From NCBI GenBank assembly GCA_002399445.1, contig DHDR01000027.1:11632-75631 (forward strand): 64,000 nt of DNA, written 5' to 3'. This document shows positions 58,692-64,000 of the stretch, one piece after another. The DNA is from Ruminococcaceae bacterium UBA4871 (GTDB lineage Bacteria > Bacillota > Clostridia > Oscillospirales > Acutalibacteraceae). The number at the start of each line of letters is the position of its first letter. Within the stretch, counting starts at the first letter, position 1. The position numbers and the translations under genes were made by a program. The notes under the pieces were generated by a model, which saw only the letters and a list, made by a program, of their open reading frames with translations, searched no databases and had not been told where the DNA came from.

Positions 58692-59728
58692 ATTTCCCGT
58701 GCAGGCACTAGAGTGCTGCTGACCAGCTGTGCGCGCCGAGTTTGTCTTTGCTGCGGTGTAAGCGGCTTTCCGGATCTCAATGCCATGGTAGCAGGCTGAA
58801 CGGCAAAAAGCAGACTGTCTAATTGTTCAGTCCGAAGGCCCTTAACAAAGCCGACACACAGGCCCATGCGGACATTGGCATAAAGTTTAAGGAATTCACG
58901 AAATTCCAGCATACGTGCGCTTTCCATCATTGCCAAAGAGCGGGATACCGCCTCCTGCACTTCAACAGCTTTCAGCAGATCTGTTCTGGCATACCTTTCC
59001 CGGTCAATTAACTGTCTTCCAATCGACTTTAAATTTTGAATCTCGTTTTTTTCGCTGATGCCCAATGTAATTCGGTTTGTCAGTTCATAAACCGCGCCGG
59101 CCGGTTCCACTGCGCCGTCGAAAATACCACGAAGAGAAAAACCAAGCTGTGCAACATCTCTGGAAAGCCGCTCCATTGCCCCACCCTGCTGAAGAGCTGG
59201 TAAATGCAGCTGCAGGGTGGGAACCATCCCCGTTCCAAGATCTGTCAAACTCTGGGTGAGATAACCGACATCATTATGAAAGGCAAACCGCAGGCAGCGG
59301 TCCAGCATCGTATCCAGTTTGTCTGCCAAAGAGAGTGTTTCATCAAGCTGGTATCCCGGCTGAACCAGCTGCAGGTGCAGATGATCCGCACCGTTTACCA
59401 TAATGCTGATACCTCCATCTGCTGAATAAAACAAAGAGCGGCCTGTTGGTTTTGCAATAAATTCCGGTGTGCACAATTGCTGTTCCACAAGTGAAACCGC
59501 TGTGCATTCATCACATTCCTCCAAATCCACGCAGGAAAATTTTTCTTTTACTGCCGGATTCAGTCGACAGAGCGCGTGTTCCACCCGCATCCGGCTGCGT
59601 TCCATGTCCGAACGGGACATTCGGGATGGAAACGGCAAATCGGTCATATTGCGGATTAAGCACGCCCTCGAGCCCAGCACAACGTCCCTGTCAGGTCCTT
59701 CTGTTTCGTACCACTTACGACTGATCAT
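58688..59728 (-). CDS. mcsB: protein arginine kinase McsB (ATP:guanido phosphotransferase)
   Basis: LTDLGTGMVPTLQLHLPAL...YELTNRITLGISE motifs. Start at ATG 59728, 8 nt after GGAGGAGG. Confidence 0.8.
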   Translation of the reverse strand: MISRKWYETEGPDRDVVLGSRACLIRNMTDLPFPSRMSRSDMERSRMRVEHALCRLNPAVKEKFSCVDLEECDECTAVSLVEQQLCTPEFIAKPTGRSLFYSADGGISIMVNGADHLHLQLVQPGYQLDETLSLADKLDTMLDRCLRFAFHNDVGYLTQSLTDLGTGMVPTLQLHLPALQQGGAMERLSRDVAQLGFSLRGIFDGAVEPAGAVYELTNRITLGISEKNEIQNLKSIGRQLIDRERYARTDLLKAVEVQEAVSRSLAMMESARMLEFREFLKLYANVRMGLCVGFVKGLRTEQLDSLLFAVQPATMALRSGKPLTPQQRQTRRAQLVSSTLVPAREI

Positions 59729-60227
59729 CCGGTGAACCTCCTCCAAGCCGGCGCAGACTCTCCTGAAGGAGCAAGGTGCTGCGCTCGTTCTTTTCCTGTT
59801 CCACAGCCTGATGCAGAGCTTCCCGCATTAAAACCATCTGGTTTTGGGGCTGCGGCTGCGGCAGGTTTTCGCCCGGCATCTTTCCACAGTGAATATCACT
59901 TCCGTAAAGGCGCTGGATAATCGGCAAAAGGCGGTCCTTAAAGACTTCGTAGCAATGCGCACATCCGACCTTGCCCGTACGGGCAATTTCTTCAAAGGTG
60001 GCTCCGCACCACGGGCATCGCTGCTCTCCCGGTTCTGCATTATCCCCGCCAAAAAAGTCACTTAAAATGCTGCTAAAGCCACGGTCCAGCCCTGTCAGCA
60101 GTGTCGTATAGCCCAGCCGGCGGGCACAAGCAGCACAAAGCGCATATTCCGTTAGCCGGCCGTTTACAATTGCTTTTACTTTCGTAGTTGCGGGATGTTC
60201 CCCGCAGGATTGGCATATCATTTTCAT
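59715..60227 (-). CDS. mcsA: McsA-like activator (zinc-finger plus UVR motif protein)
   Basis: 170 aa. MKMICQSCGEHPA...CAAC...CPWCG...CAHCY, with a C-terminal UVR-like helix. It overlaps the mcsB start. Confidence 0.75.
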   Translation of the reverse strand: MKMICQSCGEHPATTKVKAIVNGRLTEYALCAACARRLGYTTLLTGLDRGFSSILSDFFGGDNAEPGEQRCPWCGATFEEIARTGKVGCAHCYEVFKDRLLPIIQRLYGSDIHCGKMPGENLPQPQPQNQMVLMREALHQAVEQEKNERSTLLLQESLRRLGGGSPDDQS

Positions 60228-60375
60228 CGCCCCTCTTCAGTTGGATTATTTTATCATAGGATTATGAAGCAGATGTGAAAACAAAAATATGTTTATATTC
60301 TGCAAAAAGTTTCTCACACATCAATGCCTTCTGCAATATACTGGACTGTAACAACAATCAAGGAGGCAATATGAT

Positions 60376-60483
60376 ATGTGCAACAACAATAGTGGTAACT
60401 GCTGCTGGATTATTCTGATCATCATCCTTATCCTCTGCTGCTGCGGCGGCGGTTGCAAAGGCAACGATGGCTGCGGCTGCTAA
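60376..60483 (+). CDS. 35-aa Cys-rich single-pass membrane microprotein
   Basis: Not in the ORF track (under 60 aa). AGGAGG (60361-60366) lies 9 nt upstream of the ATG. Product: MCNNNSGNCCWIILIIILILCCCGGGCKGNDGCGC. A strong hairpin terminator follows. Confidence 0.6.
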   Translation: MCNNNSGNCCWIILIIILILCCCGGGCKGNDGCGC

Positions 60484-60530
60484 GTAAATCTTCCAGCCAG
60501 AAAAGCAAAAACATTCATAATGTTCCATAA

Positions 60531-60566
60531 ACGGAAGGACTGCGAGTATTCCCGCAGTCCTTCCGT
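60531..60566. terminator. bidirectional terminator (perfect 14-bp stem)
   Basis: ACGGAAGGACTGCG-AGTATTC-CGCAGTCCTTCCGT, with T-rich sequence on both sides when read on the respective strands. Confidence 0.8.
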
Positions 60567-60575
60567 TTTGCCGCT

Positions 60576-60827
60576 CTATTGCCGGCCCAGCGCTTCGCGC
60601 AGCGCTTTTGCCAATTGATCTGGACAAGAAGTCGGCTTTGATCCACAGCGGATCCCGCTGCATTTCTGGATCACATCCTCTGCTTTCATACCTTTAACGA
60701 GGGCACGGATTCCTTTCAGGTTGCCGTCACAGCCGCCGATTACTTCCACATCACGAATAACATCTCCATCCAGCTGTAAACGTATTTCCCGGGAACAAGT
60801 TCCTTTTGTTTTGTAGCGGTACTCCAT
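60576..60827 (-). CDS. TSCPD-domain small protein (TIGR03905-like)
   Basis: 83 aa. MEYRYKTKGTCSREI...GGCDGNLKGI...CGSKPTSCPDQLA. Confidence 0.75.
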   Translation of the reverse strand: MEYRYKTKGTCSREIRLQLDGDVIRDVEVIGGCDGNLKGIRALVKGMKAEDVIQKCSGIRCGSKPTSCPDQLAKALREALGRQ

Positions 60828-60887
60828 CAGTAAACTCCTTTCTTATTTCCCTCAAAATGGGCATTTTATAAAGTATTCCAAATTCAT

Positions 60888-61754
60888 TCAGCCAACTTTC
60901 GCTTTCCGCTTCATCCGCTCCAACTGATCATCTTCGGTTTGAAATGAACCAATCGGTGTTTCCTGTAAAGAATACATGCCGCGAAAGTCAGAACCGCCGG
61001 TCATAATCAGCCCATAGTGCTGAGCCAAGGCACGAAATCCCTTGACGTCTTCCGGTTTATTATGCGGATAAAAAGCCTCGATGCCATCAATCGCACGCCC
61101 TTTTGCCAGTTCCAACAAAATGTCATAGCTGTCATACTTTCCCGGGTGAGCCAAAACTGCAAGACCACCGGCCTCATGAATCTGTCTGATGACATCCCGA
61201 GTTTCCGGATAACGGACCGGTATGTAAGCTGTTCCCTCTTTCGGGTCAAACAGCTGGTAATACAGTTTCCCATAGATGGCATCTGTGTATCCAGCATCCA
61301 TTAAAGCATGCATAATATGCTGTTTAAAGATATTGGTACTCCCCTGCGCGCGATGGGTAACCATATCCACAGGAATCGGATACATTTGCAGAATTTTGTG
61401 CAGCATAATTAAAATTGCACGTTTCCGCGCTTCTGCAATCTTTCTACATAATCCCAACAGCCTGTCAGGATGTGGGCAGTAATAACAGAGGATATTTACT
61501 TTTCTTCCCGTTTTGTCATCAATGGTCGTAAACTCGGCCCCGGGAATCACTTCAATTCCCTTTCTCTTTCCAAAAATCACAGCACGTCCATCTCCGGCAA
61601 ATGTGTCGCGATCCGTTATGGCAACCGCACTCAACCCCCGCTTCTTTGCCAACAGCACCAGCTCCTCAATGCTGACAGTGCCGTCCGACATCTTTGTGTG
61701 GCAATGCAAATCTGCAGCCAAAAAAAGACCTCCTCTTCTTCGATACCAAATCAT
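60888..61754 (-). CDS. PHP-domain phosphoesterase
   Basis: DLHCHTKMSDGT near the N-terminus and ...HP... motifs. The true start may be TTG 61721, 7 nt after GAGGAGG. Confidence 0.8.
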   Translation of the reverse strand: MIWYRRRGGLFLAADLHCHTKMSDGTVSIEELVLLAKKRGLSAVAITDRDTFAGDGRAVIFGKRKGIEVIPGAEFTTIDDKTGRKVNILCYYCPHPDRLLGLCRKIAEARKRAILIMLHKILQMYPIPVDMVTHRAQGSTNIFKQHIMHALMDAGYTDAIYGKLYYQLFDPKEGTAYIPVRYPETRDVIRQIHEAGGLAVLAHPGKYDSYDILLELAKGRAIDGIEAFYPHNKPEDVKGFRALAQHYGLIMTGGSDFRGMYSLQETPIGSFQTEDDQLERMKRKAKVG

Positions 61755-61833
61755 ACTTCATTATTATAAAACAAAATAGAGAAGGAATCAATAAAAGGTC
61801 TTGACTCAGCGGCGGCTTTTGTTAATTTTTTGA

Positions 61834-62655
61834 TTATCGGAGCAATTTTTCTGGAGTGAAATGTACCGATGTTATTTTCCAAATAATGAAATCAATAATC
61901 ATAATCAGAAAACTAATCAGCAAGTAACTGACGGCATTCAGACGGAAAGCCCCGGTAAACTGTCCGATATAAATCAAAATAAGCGGAAACAATACATAAC
62001 CGCAAATCTGTACAGATTCCATAAAGCTGTGGCTTCGACCAGAAACCAACACCATAAACAGCACACCAAAAACAATTAGCGCCGGAGACAAAAGAAAGAC
62101 AATCATAATCCAGTTTGGATTTGTCCAAAAAGATCTTACTTCCAATAAGACATCCCCAACAGACATCACAATGGCATACAGCACAAATGAAATCAAGGAA
62201 GAGATAGCGGACAGTCCAACACAGCCGAGTACCTTTGAATCAAAAATTTCCGGAGCAGTCAGCGGGGTCAAAAAAAGCGTTTCCATGGTGCTGCGTTCCT
62301 TTTCCCCTACAAAGCTATTGGCTGCTGTAACACAGGCTGTCATCAAAGGGACAATCAAAAACAGCATCGGACTGAGATAGTCGGAATAGATTGCAAAAAG
62401 TGCCTGCTGATTATTCATGTAACTCTGCTTCTCTGTAAGCAGTCCGCGCATCTGCTCCATTCCCTGCATGCTGGAACTTGGAAGAACCTTAGCAAGCACC
62501 ATAAACAAAATCGGCAAAAGTACGACAAAAAGCAGCGGCACAAATACTAACATGGTGCGGACAATCATATTCTGCCACATTTCCTTAAAATCCTTTTTGA
62601 TAAGTGCCGTCTCACGGCTGTCAATGAGTTTAGAAAGAAATCCAGGCAGTTTCAA
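61834..62655 (-). CDS. ABC-2 type transporter permease
   Basis: 273 aa, six TM helices. Overlaps the ATPase stop by 4 nt. Confidence 0.75.
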   Translation of the reverse strand: MKLPGFLSKLIDSRETALIKKDFKEMWQNMIVRTMLVFVPLLFVVLLPILFMVLAKVLPSSSMQGMEQMRGLLTEKQSYMNNQQALFAIYSDYLSPMLFLIVPLMTACVTAANSFVGEKERSTMETLFLTPLTAPEIFDSKVLGCVGLSAISSLISFVLYAIVMSVGDVLLEVRSFWTNPNWIMIVFLLSPALIVFGVLFMVLVSGRSHSFMESVQICGYVLFPLILIYIGQFTGAFRLNAVSYLLISFLIMIIDFIIWKITSVHFTPEKLLR

Positions 62656-63560
62656 AGCAGTTCTTCCTTTCCGATAAGTGTGGTGTAGGCTTCTGTCAAA
62701 GTCGGATAATTGAGACGTGCCTCATAGATATCATGTCCTTCTGCAACCGTCTTTCGCATCAGGTCAGGCATTTCCTCCTCACTGTCAATCTCCCGTTCCC
62801 AAAATCCGTCACCGCATTTTGTGAAGCCCTGTATCTTGTCCTCCTGCGGCAGCCGGAATCCGGCACGGATATGGCAGCTTGCTTCCTGACAGAGTGTCTC
62901 CAGTGATCCGTTTGCAATGAGGTGTCCTTCTTTAAGAATTCCAAATTGTCCGCAGAGCTGCTGCGCATAAATCAAATGATGCGTACAGAGCAGCACGGTG
63001 ACACCTTCCTCGCGCACAAGACCGGAAATTACGCTCAAGACCGCTTCTGCGCCTTCCGTATCCAGTCCGGAAGTCGGTTCATCCAGCAAAAGGACCCGCG
63101 GATGCGTCATCAAAGCACGTGCAAGGGAAATCCGCTGCAGCATTCCGGTTGGTAAGTCACGCACCAGCAAATCTCTAGCCTGCCAAATGCCGAGGTCTTT
63201 CATCAGTTCTGCAGCACGAATTTGGGCATCTTCCGTTTTCATACCGGCCATTTGACCAAACAGAATTAAATTTTCCCTGCCCGTCATGCAGGCATACATA
63301 TGTGCAGTCGATGTAACGACCCCGCAAATCTGATGCAAATGGGCTGGTGCTTTAACCGGATTTATGCCCATAATGGTACACTGACCACTGTCAGGTGTCA
63401 GCAGCCCGGCCATCATTTTTACGACTGTTGTTTTTCCTGCACCGCTCCCGCCAACTAAACCATAAGCAATTCCTTCCGGAATGTCCAGCGTCAGCAAATC
63501 TACTGCATTTTGCCTGCCGTTAAAAGATTTAGTAAGCCGTTCTGCAAAAATAGCATTCAT
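62652..63560 (-). CDS. ABC transporter ATP-binding protein
   Basis: 302 aa. Walker A GGSGAGKTT, a degenerate signature motif (TGMLQRISLAR) and Walker B LLLDEPTSGLD. Confidence 0.9.
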   Translation of the reverse strand: MNAIFAERLTKSFNGRQNAVDLLTLDIPEGIAYGLVGGSGAGKTTVVKMMAGLLTPDSGQCTIMGINPVKAPAHLHQICGVVTSTAHMYACMTGRENLILFGQMAGMKTEDAQIRAAELMKDLGIWQARDLLVRDLPTGMLQRISLARALMTHPRVLLLDEPTSGLDTEGAEAVLSVISGLVREEGVTVLLCTHHLIYAQQLCGQFGILKEGHLIANGSLETLCQEASCHIRAGFRLPQEDKIQGFTKCGDGFWEREIDSEEEMPDLMRKTVAEGHDIYEARLNYPTLTEAYTTLIGKEELL

Positions 63561-63671
63561 TCAATATCTCACCGACTTTCGGCTACTGTGTATGAACCAT
63601 CATAATTCATTCCCTTTAAGCATACCTGATTTTCTGATTTTGTCAATAAACAATCAATAAAATCAAACAAA

Positions 63672-63711
63672 AGTACCGCCGCACTGTCAAAGGGCAGTCT
63701 GCGGCGGTACT
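63672..63711 (-). terminator. intrinsic terminator after clpB
   Basis: The minus strand reads AGTACCGCCGCAGACTG-loop-CAGTGCGGCGGTACT followed by TTTTGTTTG. Confidence 0.8.
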
Positions 63712-63716
63712 CCGTT

Positions 63717-64000
63717 TCAATCAGCCAAACGTTTGTCCGGATTACTTTCCGAGTCGGCTGTAAGTTCATGTCCATTATAATCCACAACAATTGTTGAGCG
63801 GGGCGCAACCTCACCGGCAATCATCTTTTTGGCTATCAAAGTTTCCACTTTCGACTGCAGGAAACGCTTCAGCGGGCGTGCTCCGTAAACTGGATCAAAG
63901 CCCTGATCGACAACATAGTTTCGCGCTGAATCTGTCAGTTTGACATCCAGTTCCTTATCTGCAAGACGGCGGCGCAAGGAAGCAATCTGCAGATTCACAA
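63717..64000 (-). CDS. clpB: ClpB/Hsp100-type AAA+ chaperone, C-terminal ~94 codons; the 5' part lies beyond the window
   Basis: ...LTDSARNYVVDQGFDPVYGARPLKRFLQSKVETLIAKKMIAGEV... is the conserved Clp D2-small domain. Confidence 0.75.
   Translation of the reverse strand, partial: VNLQIASLRRRLADKELDVKLTDSARNYVVDQGFDPVYGARPLKRFLQSKVETLIAKKMIAGEVAPRSTIVVDYNGHELTADSESNPDKRLAD

Noticed and set aside
60228-60375. CtsR operator or sporulation sigma promoter in the mcsA/microprotein divergent region
   Set aside because: It contains no GGTCAAA heptads and no convincing CATAnnnTA or CATACA-T type -10 element at proper spacing.
60358-60663. 101-aa minus-strand ORF
   Set aside because: It runs antisense through the Cys-rich microprotein gene, the bidirectional terminator and the 3' end of the TSCPD gene. 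Its Ala run is simply the complement of the Cys/Gly codons.

Overview
The window looks like a 64-kb chromosomal segment of a spore-forming, mid-GC Firmicute, probably Clostridia. That assignment is an inference from gene content: split transketolase, a PurO-type IMP cyclohydrolase with a separate AICAR formyltransferase, DUF421/DUF4363, McsA/McsB, and GGAGG ribosome-binding sites. I call about 62 protein genes, 2 tRNAs and several promoters and terminators; most genes are on the minus strand.

The backbone is housekeeping:
- Cell envelope: murE (partial) and three envelope glycosyltransferases.
- Miscellaneous core genes: nrdR, ansA, an ABC-F ATPase, mtaB, tkt (two subunits), SPFH/NfeD, coaD, rsmD, uvrC, ptsH.
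- Purine operon: purE-purM-purN-IMP cyclohydrolase-purH-purD.
- Translation and secretion block: ylxM-ffh-rpsP-KH-rimM-trmD.
- Further genes: Mrp/ApbC, a two-component system, two tandem Rrf2 regulators, one chemoreceptor.
- Sucrose-type locus: solute-binding protein, two permeases, sucrose phosphorylase, LacI-family regulator, fructokinase.
- Right-hand end: trxA, a cyclophilin lipoprotein, mcsA-mcsB, an ABC-2 exporter and the 3' end of clpB.

I found no CRISPR array, no recognisable defence system, no rRNA and no complete prophage.

The least explained parts are:
1. A roughly 3-kb islet between tkt and purD. It carries a SprA-like large serine recombinase and two overlapping genes for small beta-sandwich proteins. 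These lack signal peptides, share a C-terminal motif and sit behind a sigma-K-like promoter.
2. A 35-codon, extremely Cys-rich membrane microprotein gene that is absent from the ORF track.
3. A pur-operon leader with a promoter, an SD-sequestering hairpin, an 18-codon leader ORF and an intrinsic terminator. It matches no riboswitch class I can recognise.
4. A 64-bp insertion bounded by a perfect 30-bp direct repeat that frameshifts one sugar permease.

All functional calls rest on motif recognition by eye. No database search was run.
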